Below, piece after piece: positions 1-9,428 of a DNA stretch of 33,816 bases. The stretch covers positions 1 to 33,816 of IMG/VR virus record IMGVR_UViG_3300043442_000535; one strand, 5' to 3'. The stretch comes from a virus (lineage: Duplodnaviria; Caudoviricetes). Under the pieces are notes generated by a model. It ran no database searches, was not told where the DNA came from, and saw nothing but the letters and a program-made list of their open reading frames with translations. How positions within the stretch are numbered: the first letter of the stretch is position 1; the number at the start of each line of letters is the position of its first letter. Both the position numbers and the translations under genes were made by a program.

Positions 1-1
1 C

Positions 2-3000
2 GACGCTGTTGTTCGCGGCGGTACGATTGCGCGTGATACTGACCTGTATGAAAGCATTGTCAAGCAGGTTCGTGGTACTAAGAAGAATCTTTCGTCTGCC
101 GATAGGGCCGAGATTGTTCGGTTGTATGAAGAGGCTGGCGGAGAGTGGGATGTCACTACTGGTGCTTCCGCTAGTCGCTGGTGGATGGAAACGAATACGC
201 AGAAGCCAGTCAATCCGACAGAGGTTGCTAGGGCTGCTACGGTTCAGGCGCAGTTGGAAACTGTGCAGAGAGCCATTCGTGGTGAGGCTTCGTTGACGGA
301 GTTGCGTACTGCCGCTATGGCTTTGTTGGCTACGACAGATACGATTCCAAAGAGTTTGCGTGACACCTTGGTTGATGTGTTGCGACGTGCGGATGCTGCG
401 GATCGTTTCCGTGATGGATTGCAGAATCTGCGTCGTACGAATAAGCAGTTTGCCATTCTTGAACAGCGTTTGGATAACTGGACTGCTGTTCAGCGTGAGA
501 TTACCTATGGCATCAAGTTGTATGCGGATGCGGAATACTTGCTTGACACCATGTTCAATACTGGAACGATGCGCACCGCTGGTATTGGATGGGATGAAGA
601 GGTTGCTCCAGAAATCATTGATGGCATTATTGGACAAATGCCATCAATGGAAAAGATTCTTGGCAACTATCGTGGAACTTTGGAAGACATTGAAGACATT
701 GCTGGAATGACCCAAGCAATCGACTTTGGCGAAGTTGATCCGAGCGGCAACATCAGCATTCGTTCTGGCACTAAAAAGGGGCCAAGCGATGTTCTTTCTG
801 GCGGTCAACTTGCTAGCCAGCGTGCCGTTGGCGCTGGCGAACGTATCACGTACGGAGAAATGTTTGATCTGTTGAAGAAGACTCGCAGCGACCTCTACGA
901 GATGGAACGCGAAGTTGTGTTCTCGCGCAAAGGCCCGAAGGGCACTACTGTTGATAAGGTCGTTCGCTACCGCATGGCCGATGTTCTTGCCGCGGATCCA
1001 ACAGATCCCGCTGATCGTGGATGGAGCGCCAGCGTTCGGGGACATTACAACCCAGAACGAACAGATCGATTCATCGATCGGATTGTGTCTACATCTAAGT
1101 CCGATAAAGATGTTGCTGCCGCTGCTGCGAAGCGGGCAGAGTTTGCTGATCCGCAGGAATGGTTTACGAAGGTTTCTGGCCTTCGTCAAGTTGCCGAGTT
1201 GAATAATCTGGGTCGACGTACTCCAGGGTTGAAGCAGATCATTGGACGCGCCAAAGTTGATGCACGACTTGCCGATTTCCTCAATGGAAGAAGTGGTTCC
1301 GCAAACATCAGCGCTTACCGCGCTCTTGATGTTGACCTAGAAAAGATTGAGGCTGGCATTTCTACGCGTCTACGCAATCTTTCTAGAGAGATGGCGAAGA
1401 CTCCAGACGATCCTTTGAAGATTGCTCTTCATGATGATTTGCGTGCCGCTGCTGAAGCGGTATCTTCTGCTCGTCGTGCCATTGCCGATGTGTCGATGCC
1501 CACGCGTGGAGTTTCCAGAACTCCACGTCGTGTTACTGGCGCCATGCAGACCGATAGGTTTGGTACTGCTGGTGCCACGGTTGGAGTGGATGAGTTTGGT
1601 GATGCGATTGATGTTGCGGGGCGAACTGGCAAAGAGGTTCGGGTGGGGACGGAAGCAATCCGAAATAAGCGCGGAGAGATTATTGGCGAAAGAACTATCA
1701 CCGCCGACATCCCGAACATTGCTGACGAGATCGAGTTGATTCGTTCGGAAATGCGCACTCTTGCTGATGACATCAAGATCACTTCCATGCCGATGGGACG
1801 GGCGCGTATCGCGGCCCGCGAAGTTGGTGAAGGTTTGGGGACGGCAGAAGATGTCAAGGCTGCGCGCATCGCAGAATCGATTGACTTGCAGGATGCGTGG
1901 TCTGCCGAGACGAAACAACTTCTTGAAGATACGTATCAGAAGGCTTGGTTTGCTGCTGAAGTTCAGAAGCGCTTCAAGCGCGCTTCCGACGTTCTGCTTG
2001 CGAATGGTTTGACTCCTGACGTTGATTTCATGCGTCACATCATGAATGTGGTTGCGAAGGTGTTTAGAAATCAGTTGCTTTCTTCGCAAGATGATTATTC
2101 GGAAGCCCTGCTCGTTTTGGGTCGCCTGAAAGCGACGGCTGAAAACTGGGGTGGTGACGCTAGCGAGTTGTATCACATTATGAGCGAAGCACTCAACCCT
2201 GTCGACGCGGGAGGCAACCTTGCCTCGTGGGGGCAGATTGTCCGCAATGCGAATGGTCGCGAAGACGCGCAGCGTCTCCTTGCGACCTTCAAGGATTACG
2301 GTGGTGCAACAAACTCTGGTGGATTCAACAGTAGGCGACGTTGGGCGGAACGTATTATTGCCGATCCCGCATCGACACCCGAACGTGTTGCCCTTGCCAA
2401 ACAACGTCTTGCGGCCCTGCCCACAAAGGAGAAGGTTGCTGCTGGACGTAAGGCTTTGAAGAAGGAACTGCAAAAGTGGTATCAGCAGAATGTTGATTCG
2501 ACGCGTAGGGCTGCTTCTTGGACGGAAATAGAAACTGCTTTGCAACAGTATTCTGCTGTTGCTCGTGGTCGTGGACGATTTACCGAAGGCGCGAGTGTTC
2601 GTTCTCTTCGCGCTTGGGTTGAGTCGACGGAAGAGGCGGTTCGCAAGGCTTACGCTAATGCGCGTCAACGTACTGGATGGCTATCTGCTTCAGCCGATCC
2701 GTATTTGTCAACCGAGGCGGCAAACAAGATTCTGCTTGGTATTAGTGATCGAACGATTGCTTGGGATTTGCCGTCGTTCTTTGCTAGCACCATGCGCACT
2801 CTCGCTGATGAGTATGAAGCGAGAGTCTTGGAGTTGGGTGGCGCTCAGCAGCGAGCAGCGGCTCGCGCTGGCGCTCTTTCCGCTGAAGAATCGGCAGAGG
2901 CTTTGGCAAAGCGAAAGATTGTCGCTTTGGAGGCGAAGACAAGTAAGCCCATCAAGGGTTTTGCTGATGCTGAACAACGTGAGGTTTTGAAGCAGTTCAA

Positions 3001-6000
3001 TGTTGACGAACTGAAAGAGTTGGCTCGCGATAAAGGCATTGAGGGTTATTCAAAGATGAGTCGTGCTTCTTTGGAGGATGCGTTGATTGCCGTTCGTGTT
3101 GACGAACTTGATGAAGCGCGTTTGATTCAGAAGAAGTTGACGCAGTTGAAGAACACCGACGAGTTTGCTATTGCTTTGGAACAGATCCGCGAGAATGATG
3201 TGCTGCGTATTTTGTCGTCTTTCAACGTCGACAAGCCGAATACGGAACTTGTTATTCGTGAAGGCGCGAAGAAGAGGACGTTGCGTCTGCTCAACGAAGG
3301 TCAACAGATTTTCCGCAAGGATGTATCTGATGCTGGTGAACAGTATGTTCAGATTACGAAGGCGCGTGAAATCAAGGACGGCGTTCAGTATTACTACAAG
3401 ACGAAATCGCCAAGCGCTCCTTATGAGTTGATTGGCGATGGGGCACCAAAGTCTTTGGGTGTCAAGTTTTCTCCAGAAGAATGGTCGGCCTTGTGGCGTG
3501 GCGACAGTCGGCGTTTTGTGAACGCGGAAACGAATCGTTTTGTCATGTTGCAGGACGAACTTACGGAAGTTCGTCGCCAGATGGAAGAACTGAGTGGTGT
3601 TCTCAATAGGAGCGGCGTTGCGTCGTATCCGCCGTCCGAGTTGCGTCGCTTTGGCGAAAGAATGATCGTCCTGCGTCGACGCGAAAGAAACATCGCGCAG
3701 AAGATGTATTCGATTGTTGGCGCCGAAGAAGGTGGCGTCGTTTTGGAATCGTTGGACTTTTCTGCTGCCGCACGACGCGCGGGAGAAGTCCACGCGTCGG
3801 CTTGGGAGAAGTTCAATCTGATTGTTGATGCGGTACGCAATGGCGAGATTGACATCAACGATCTTCAGAACGGCCTGTTTACTTCTGTCAGAAAGATTGA
3901 TACGAAACGTCAGATTAGTGTAAAGAGAATCGTCGGTCAGGGTGCTGGACATGGCGGCTATGACGTCATTCAGGGAACCGACGAGGCTGCTGGCGTTATC
4001 ACGCGTGTCAGTTTTGACTCCAAGCGTGTGGCATCCGCGGCAGATTGGGAGATTGCCGATCGTGCAAAGATGATCGACAAATCTTGGAGCGATTCACCTA
4101 ATCGTCTCGTGTATGAACAGGTTCAGGAACTGGAACAGGATGCTGCTAGCAAGTTGTTCAATCGTGAAATGAAGAACGCTGAAAGCGTGCTGAAGCGTGT
4201 TCGCGAACTTCGTGATAAGGCAGAGAAGGCTGTTGCTTTCAAGGCAGAAGAAGGCGCTCCTCTGGGTCGCTACTACGACCCGTCGTCGCGGTCGTGGGTT
4301 GTTCGGCGCGACCTGACCGAGGGTGCAATGATTTACAACATGCAGGAAGGAAGGGTTGTTCCGCGCAACGTGCAGGTTGCGGAGAACAGGCTCGCTACCG
4401 CTGATGCTCTTGTCGCTAAGCGTCTGGAAGAAGTTACTGCGTCGACAGCGAGGGCGGGGGAGCCTGATTACAACGCGGCTGAACGGTATGCGTATTTCCG
4501 TTCTCAGGATCAGTCGCCTACTGTTGCGATGGATAATGTCGTGGACGAGTTGCGAGCGCTTCGTCCTTCGGACGAACGGCTCGTGCAAATCGCTGGGACA
4601 AAGGAACGTCTGCAGAGGGCTGAAGCGTTGAGATCTTCTATTCCGACTATGGAATACTTGTCGGAAGGTATTGCTTTGAGGTTGACGTTTGCCGAAGAAG
4701 AGATGGCGACGTTGAAGAAGTTGGTTCCTTCGTTGGAGAAGGAGATGACCAAGGGCAAGAAGACGTATTTGCGTGAACGTGGTAAAGAGGCTGCAAGGTT
4801 GCAGAAGAACATTGAGAAGGCACGTACTGTTGTTCAGCGCGCCGAATCGGCTCTTTCCGAAGCGGAAGGTGCTTACAAGACTGCGCGTTTGGATGCTTGG
4901 CGCACGGAAGAGTGGTACAAGGCTTGGCACGCACGCATGGCGCCGAAGTTGGAAGAGATCAAGAGCATCGTCGAGGCGGGAGCGCAGGGCAAGGAAGTTG
5001 CCGCTGGTTTGTCGTCGGCAAGTATGCGTCAAGCGGCTATGGCCGAAGCGCAGGACTGGATTGATCAGGTCACTACGTTGATGCCAGAACTCGGCATGGA
5101 TGCCGATTTGGTGAAGACGTTGCAGGCAGATTATTTGGCTGCACAAGCGATGTGGCTTGAAGCGGCAGACGAAGTTGATTTGTACAACCAGATGCTCAGT
5201 CCGTTGAATACGACGTCGTGGGCAAGCAAGGTGGTGGAAGATTTCGACAAGGGGCTTGTCAAGTTGACGCAGATTGGTTTGCCTAACTATGTGGCACGTC
5301 AGTCGATTGTGGAAATGACGGAGAACTTCCATCGTTTGCGGGCGCCAGAGTTTGTTCGCGGATTGAACCGTCTCATCGGTCGATACACGGGATTCTTCAA
5401 GGCTTCGGCTGTCGGTACTCCAGGGTTCGTTGTTCGTAACACTATGTCCAACACTTTCATGCTTGTGGCTGCTGGCGGAAATCCGAAGACGTTGTTTGAT
5501 GGTCTTGGATTGTTCCAAGCGTGGAAGCAGGCCGTTAGCAACGGCACGGAACGCGCTTGGCTGGATTCGCTTCCAGCCGCGCGCCGTTCTGTCGTGGAAA
5601 CATCGATCAGGGCGATGGATGCTTCTGGTTTTGGTCGTGGCGCGGAAGCGTTGAATCAATGGGCGCCACGTGGCAAGTTCTGGACTGACAACAAGTATTA
5701 CCGTTTCATTCGTCGCGCTAACGAAACTTCGGAAGGAAGTGCCCGTTTCATGTTGGCATACGATACGGTTATGCGAGGCGGTTCGTTCGACGAAGCAACA
5801 GCGCGGGTCAAGCGTTTCTTGTTTGATTACACCGACATCAGTAATGCTGATGCAACTATCAGATCGATTGTTCCATTCTGGTTCTGGATGTCGCGCAACT
5901 TCCCGTTGCAAATCGTGAACCGTTGGGCTAATCCTCGCGCATACAACGTGTATCAAAGCGCTTTGCGTAATCTTGGTATTGACGAAGATGCGGATACAAA

Positions 6001-6505
6001 TGTTCCGAAGTGGTTGCGCACTCAGGGCGCATTCCCGATTGGTGGCGATTACTATTTCGCGCCAGACTTCGGTCTGTCGCGCGTCGAACAGCATTTGGAA
6101 GAGTTGAAAGATCCGAAGCGTCTTCTTGCTTACGTGAACCCCTTGTTGCGTGTCGTGCCAGAGGTGGCGTTGATGGACAAGATGATGTACAGGGATGTTC
6201 CGTTCAGCGAACGTCCACAGCAGCCCGTTGGCGGGCCGTTGGCTCCTGCGGTTCAGGCTCTTGCTGGCTTGCTTGGTCAGTCGAAGCGGGGACGCGAAGG
6301 TGAAGGCGTGTCCGAGAAGTTGAACTACGCCCTGATGGGATTGTTCCCGCCGATCGGTCAAGCGGAGCGTTTGCTTCCCGCGACCGATCTGTATGAGGGA
6401 AGGCAGACTGGTTCTATCTTGTCGTATCTTGGTGTGCCAGTTAGACAGGTGACAGAAGAACAGCGGGAGCGCGAGGAGCGCCGACAGAGGCGGGAGGGCG
6501 AGTGA
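2..6505 (+). CDS. Giant probable internal virion / DNA-ejection (large polyvalent-type) protein, 5'-truncated; contains a Rho-N-like small helical domain
   Basis: The reading frame is open from base 2, so the true start lies outside the window. >2100 aa and largely helical/coiled-coil. The C-terminal segment (GFVVRN...FDY...VPFWFW) resembles podovirus ejection and large polyvalent proteins. In circular order it follows the tail genes. Confidence 0.65.
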   Translation, partial: DAVVRGGTIARDTDLYESIVKQVRGTKKNLSSADRAEIVRLYEEAGGEWDVTTGASASRWWMETNTQKPVNPTEVARAATVQAQLETVQRAIRGEASLTELRTAAMALLATTDTIPKSLRDTLVDVLRRADAADRFRDGLQNLRRTNKQFAILEQRLDNWTAVQREITYGIKLYADAEYLLDTMFNTGTMRTAGIGWDEEVAPEIIDGIIGQMPSMEKILGNYRGTLEDIEDIAGMTQAIDFGEVDPSGNISIRSGTKKGPSDVLSGGQLASQRAVGAGERITYGEMFDLLKKTRSDLYEMEREVVFSRKGPKGTTVDKVVRYRMADVLAADPTDPADRGWSASVRGHYNPERTDRFIDRIVSTSKSDKDVAAAAAKRAEFADPQEWFTKVSGLRQVAELNNLGRRTPGLKQIIGRAKVDARLADFLNGRSGSANISAYRALDVDLEKIEAGISTRLRNLSREMAKTPDDPLKIALHDDLRAAAEAVSSARRAIADVSMPTRGVSRTPRRVTGAMQTDRFGTAGATVGVDEFGDAIDVAGRTGKEVRVGTEAIRNKRGEIIGERTITADIPNIADEIELIRSEMRTLADDIKITSMPMGRARIAAREVGEGLGTAEDVKAARIAESIDLQDAWSAETKQLLEDTYQKAWFAAEVQKRFKRASDVLLANGLTPDVDFMRHIMNVVAKVFRNQLLSSQDDYSEALLVLGRLKATAENWGGDASELYHIMSEALNPVDAGGNLASWGQIVRNANGREDAQRLLATFKDYGGATNSGGFNSRRRWAERIIADPASTPERVALAKQRLAALPTKEKVAAGRKALKKELQKWYQQNVDSTRRAASWTEIETALQQYSAVARGRGRFTEGASVRSLRAWVESTEEAVRKAYANARQRTGWLSASADPYLSTEAANKILLGISDRTIAWDLPSFFASTMRTLADEYEARVLELGGAQQRAAARAGALSAEESAEALAKRKIVALEAKTSKPIKGFADAEQREVLKQFNVDELKELARDKGIEGYSKMSRASLEDALIAVRVDELDEARLIQKKLTQLKNTDEFAIALEQIRENDVLRILSSFNVDKPNTELVIREGAKKRTLRLLNEGQQIFRKDVSDAGEQYVQITKAREIKDGVQYYYKTKSPSAPYELIGDGAPKSLGVKFSPEEWSALWRGDSRRFVNAETNRFVMLQDELTEVRRQMEELSGVLNRSGVASYPPSELRRFGERMIVLRRRERNIAQKMYSIVGAEEGGVVLESLDFSAAARRAGEVHASAWEKFNLIVDAVRNGEIDINDLQNGLFTSVRKIDTKRQISVKRIVGQGAGHGGYDVIQGTDEAAGVITRVSFDSKRVASAADWEIADRAKMIDKSWSDSPNRLVYEQVQELEQDAASKLFNREMKNAESVLKRVRELRDKAEKAVAFKAEEGAPLGRYYDPSSRSWVVRRDLTEGAMIYNMQEGRVVPRNVQVAENRLATADALVAKRLEEVTASTARAGEPDYNAAERYAYFRSQDQSPTVAMDNVVDELRALRPSDERLVQIAGTKERLQRAEALRSSIPTMEYLSEGIALRLTFAEEEMATLKKLVPSLEKEMTKGKKTYLRERGKEAARLQKNIEKARTVVQRAESALSEAEGAYKTARLDAWRTEEWYKAWHARMAPKLEEIKSIVEAGAQGKEVAAGLSSASMRQAAMAEAQDWIDQVTTLMPELGMDADLVKTLQADYLAAQAMWLEAADEVDLYNQMLSPLNTTSWASKVVEDFDKGLVKLTQIGLPNYVARQSIVEMTENFHRLRAPEFVRGLNRLIGRYTGFFKASAVGTPGFVVRNTMSNTFMLVAAGGNPKTLFDGLGLFQAWKQAVSNGTERAWLDSLPAARRSVVETSIRAMDASGFGRGAEALNQWAPRGKFWTDNKYYRFIRRANETSEGSARFMLAYDTVMRGGSFDEATARVKRFLFDYTDISNADATIRSIVPFWFWMSRNFPLQIVNRWANPRAYNVYQSALRNLGIDEDADTNVPKWLRTQGAFPIGGDYYFAPDFGLSRVEQHLEELKDPKRLLAYVNPLLRVVPEVALMDKMMYRDVPFSERPQQPVGGPLAPAVQALAGLLGQSKRGREGEGVSEKLNYALMGLFPPIGQAERLLPATDLYEGRQTGSILSYLGVPVRQVTEEQREREERRQRREGE

Positions 6506-6969
6506 TGGCTCGCAGGAAGTACACGGGTTGGGACGGGAATGCTTCAGGGTACCGCAAGGGTACTGAGCAGTTGAAGAGGTGGGTTCTGTTCTTGAACGGT
6601 GGGAAGATCAAGAACTACGGGTCGTTTCAGATTCGTCCTGCTGGCGGCGACAAGACGAAGTGGTCTGTGCATGGGACTGGTCGTGCCGTTGATTACGGGT
6701 ACACCAACCGTGAGGATGGTTTGGCGTTGATTGATTTCTTCGTGCGCAACGCCGAGGCGTTGGGTGTGGAGTTGGTGAACGACTACGTGTACGGCAAACA
6801 CGGTCGCACTTGGAAGTGTGACCGTGAAGCGTGGGTTGAACACAAGAAGAACGTCATCGGTAGGGGTGGCAACTGGATTCATGTGGAGATCTCAAATGCA
6901 GTTGCAGACGACCCCGCGTACGTCGACGCGGTGATCGCCTGCCTGCTGTCTCCCGTGAAGGGCGCCTAG
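6502..6969 (+). CDS. Putative endolysin, zinc peptidase (M15/Hedgehog-DD-peptidase-like fold)
   Basis: SxH-x6-D (SVHGTGRAVD) and WIHVE motifs; upstream Arg in IRP; GGAGG RBS; GTG at 6502 or ATG at 6505. Confidence 0.65.
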   Translation: MMARRKYTGWDGNASGYRKGTEQLKRWVLFLNGGKIKNYGSFQIRPAGGDKTKWSVHGTGRAVDYGYTNREDGLALIDFFVRNAEALGVELVNDYVYGKHGRTWKCDREAWVEHKKNVIGRGGNWIHVEISNAVADDPAYVDAVIACLLSPVKGA

Positions 6970-7223
6970 TCGTCTTCTGTGTCGTTGATTGAATCGTTGA
7001 GGCTTGACGCGAGGAAGTAGAGCATGCTCATCAGTTGGGCCATCGAAACGAAATCGCCTTCGCTTGCTTGCGCGTAGGTGTCGATGAAACTATTTGCGCT
7101 TTCAGCGCTGAACACGAGAGTCATTTCGTAACACACGCCGTCTTCGCCCATGACCCGTTCGGCGGTGGCGCGAAGTTCGGCCACATCGTCGGGATCGAAC
7201 TGTTCCAAGAACTCATCGCTCAT
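6966..7223 (-). CDS. Hypothetical acidic protein
   Basis: ORF from ATG 7223 (MSDEFLEQ...), overlapping the upstream gene; last gene of the leftward arm. Confidence 0.6.
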   Translation of the reverse strand: MSDEFLEQFDPDDVAELRATAERVMGEDGVCYEMTLVFSAESANSFIDTYAQASEGDFVSMAQLMSMLYFLASSLNDSINDTEDD

Positions 7224-7482
7224 CTTCAACCACCATTCTCCAAATCCCAATGCAGGGGTCGTCGTATTCGTCCAACAAATCTTTCTCACTACTGGTGAGG
7301 TAGTCATCGTGAGTTGAGCAGTAGTAGCGCGCCCAGTCTTTACGCATTCCGTAAGAAAGCCACTCCCAAGGATCGGTGAGGATTGCTTCGGTGTCTCCTT
7401 CTTCTTTGATCATCTTCGCCATCCTGCGGAGGGCGTAGATGAAACCGATCACAAGGGCGACGGTGAATGCTGATTCAATCAT
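7213..7482 (-). CDS. Hypothetical protein with N-terminal membrane anchor
   Basis: Hydrophobic N-terminus; AGAAAGGAAAG RBS; ATGA overlap with the upstream gene. Confidence 0.6.
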   Translation of the reverse strand: MIESAFTVALVIGFIYALRRMAKMIKEEGDTEAILTDPWEWLSYGMRKDWARYYCSTHDDYLTSSEKDLLDEYDDPCIGIWRMVVEDER

Positions 7483-7640
7483 TTCTTTCCTTTCTCCGTG
7501 TTGCCGTTCATGAGCGTGTCAACGGTTGCGATCACGTCATCGATTCGACGTGCGTGAGAGTACGGCATTCCGCGGCTGATCACTTCCATTTTGATTTGGT
7601 TGAGAACGCGTAGTGCTTCTTTCATGTCAGCCTTCTTCAC
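7479..7640 (-). CDS. Small hypothetical protein
   Basis: Fills the gap in a tightly packed operon; start uncertain (GTG 7640 or 7649). Confidence 0.45.
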   Translation of the reverse strand: MKKADMKEALRVLNQIKMEVISRGMPYSHARRIDDVIATVDTLMNGNTEKGKK

Positions 7641-7794
7641 GTGCTTCACCCCTGATGATGTCAGCAAGTGAACCGATCTCCGACAACACTTCGGGTTTCT
7701 CGCGAGCCAACCACAGGGTAGTCGCGACAGCAAGTGCTGCAACGTCCAGAAGGGTCAGTTCTTCAATCTTGTCTTCGTTGATGTCGTCGCTCAT
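7627..7794 (-). CDS. Small hypothetical protein
   Basis: AAGGAG RBS, then ATG 7794 overlapping the upstream TGA. Confidence 0.55.
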   Translation of the reverse strand: MSDDINEDKIEELTLLDVAALAVATTLWLAREKPEVLSEIGSLADIIRGEAREEG

Positions 7795-8561
7795 GATTGC
7801 TCCTTCAGGTTGAGTTTGAATGTGTCGTTCCACAGCATCAAAGCGATGACGCTGTAACCCACCAGATCACGCCACGTGTCCAGCAGGGATTCGTTTTCGG
7901 GCTTGTGTCCTTCGGCCACGATGGTTTTCAGGCGAGCGATCTTGTCGCACATACGCACGCCCACACCGACAAGTCCGAACAACATGATGTTCTCGTGTCC
8001 GTAGTCTCGTTGCTTCTTGATGAGCAGGTCGAGCATCACGTCGGCATTCCATGTCCCGTCGTGCATCATCTGGGAACAGGCTTCGTCCCCGATGTCGGTG
8101 AACAGGACGATCGGTATCTCTTGCTGGTCACGGATGTGACGGGCGAGGCTTTGCTGTAGCCCGTTCATCGCGGACATGGTTGTCGCTCCGCAGGGAAGGA
8201 ACTTGTCCATGTCGTAGATGATGGATGCAGCCGCTTCGTTCCAGTTGTCAAACATGTTGTACCTCAGTTCGATGTTGTTGTTTCGGTAGAGAGCGCGTCC
8301 AAGTTTGTTCATGGCGCGTTTGGCGATTCTCCAAGCGTGCGGTTTGGAGCATCCGAGGCGTGAGCCTAGCATTGAGTAAGGGACACGTTCGTAGAACACA
8401 GCGAGAACGGCTTCCTGTTCCCTTTCGTCAAGTTCTTCGATGGCTTCTTGCACGGCAAGGCGCATCTCCAGTCTTGCTTCCATCGGTTGATCGCCTCGCT
8501 GCATCAACCATTCGGTTGATGTTGCGGGCAATGTTGCCAGCAGGTCGGGGTCATACGGCAA
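7791..8561 (-). CDS. Fusion of a sigma70 region-4-like HTH and a nucleotide-modification-associated domain 1 (Nmad1/DUF1599-like)
   Basis: N-half AIEELDEREQEAVLAVFYERVPYSMLGSRLGCS...KRAMNKL is sigma4-like. C-half KKQRDYG...RMCDKIARL...ESLLDTWRDLVGYS is Nmad1-like. TTG start at 8561 follows GGAGG. Confidence 0.7.
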   Translation of the reverse strand: MPYDPDLLATLPATSTEWLMQRGDQPMEARLEMRLAVQEAIEELDEREQEAVLAVFYERVPYSMLGSRLGCSKPHAWRIAKRAMNKLGRALYRNNNIELRYNMFDNWNEAAASIIYDMDKFLPCGATTMSAMNGLQQSLARHIRDQQEIPIVLFTDIGDEACSQMMHDGTWNADVMLDLLIKKQRDYGHENIMLFGLVGVGVRMCDKIARLKTIVAEGHKPENESLLDTWRDLVGYSVIALMLWNDTFKLNLKEQS

Positions 8562-9015
8562 GACGGATCGCCTCCGTTGGGAAGTGGTCGATGTGCAACG
8601 CGAAGTATGGTTTCTTGTTGTCAGGGAACCGTCCAACTTCGGCGTACCTGTGGCACGCCTTCGTCCAGTCGGCTAGGGGCGCTTCCCAGTATCTCTTCTT
8701 TGAAGAGTCGTACACGAACAGGTTGACTTCACCGATGCACATCCATGTGGCAAGCGCCGACAGTTTCTCAAACTTGACTTTGAGTAGCGAGTCACCGCGA
8801 GAGGCGACGCCCATGACTTCATACAACCCATCGGGGAGCATGTAGTCGGGGGCGTAACGCATCGGGTCTGCCATTCCCCGAACATCGAAGTCTGGTCTGT
8901 TCAGCCCGATTCGGTGTGCTGTTTCGTAGACGGTAGTGAACGCGCCTTCTGCGATGTCGCCCATTGTGGAGAGCCGTGTGTTCCACGTTTTCTGGTTGTA
9001 TGCGTTGTCGCTCAT
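8551..9015 (-). CDS. Hypothetical protein, possible degenerate PD-(D/E)XK nuclease fold
   Basis: G..AE helix and PDY...YEVMG motif, with the catalytic Lys replaced; ATG 9015 overlaps the RusA stop. Confidence 0.5.
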   Translation of the reverse strand: MSDNAYNQKTWNTRLSTMGDIAEGAFTTVYETAHRIGLNRPDFDVRGMADPMRYAPDYMLPDGLYEVMGVASRGDSLLKVKFEKLSALATWMCIGEVNLFVYDSSKKRYWEAPLADWTKACHRYAEVGRFPDNKKPYFALHIDHFPTEAIRLAV

Positions 9016-9428
9016 GCTTTGATCCCGATGATCTTGACGACTTGCGAATCGTCGTCCCATGCTACACCGTTGAGTGCGTCAAGGATCGTCTTGACGTAGT
9101 TATCCAGATCGCCACGAAGTTTGCTCTTCGTGTCAAGATCAAGTCGTTCAACGATGACGGCTGTCCCTTCCGTGTCCACCACAATGTGAACGCAAACCTC
9201 GCCAGAGAACTTCGGGCCGTCCCACGCTTCCTTGATTTTCTTCTCGGCAGCGACGGTCTTCTGCGGCGTGTAAGCGACAGCGCGACCGCTCTTGGTTGTG
9301 ACAACTCTTGGACGTTCTTTCGGGTGTGGCTTGCCATCTATGTAGATGGAGTGGCTCCGTACGCTCGTACCAACAACTTCTCCAGTTCCATCTTTCCTGC
9401 TTCGCCTCTTATCAGGTACTTGCCCCAT
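9012..9428 (-). CDS. rusA: RusA-like Holliday junction resolvase
   Basis: GKPHPKERPR N-terminal motif and DLDNYVKTILDALNGVAWDDDSQV catalytic signature. Confidence 0.9.
   Translation of the reverse strand: MGQVPDKRRSRKDGTGEVVGTSVRSHSIYIDGKPHPKERPRVVTTKSGRAVAYTPQKTVAAEKKIKEAWDGPKFSGEVCVHIVVDTEGTAVIVERLDLDTKSKLRGDLDNYVKTILDALNGVAWDDDSQVVKIIGIKA

Noticed and set aside
4094-6361. 755-aa antisense ORF (and others such as 1370-2668, 24383-25657, 26659-27543)
   Set aside because: Shadow frames opposite well-supported genes, with no motifs or RBS; expected from codon bias
2-6505. Giant protein as a virion RNA polymerase reading the palindromes as hairpin promoters
   Set aside because: No DxDGD or T7/N4-type catalytic motifs recognised in the visible part (DFDKG is not a match). 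The N-terminus is outside the window, so this is unsupported rather than excluded.
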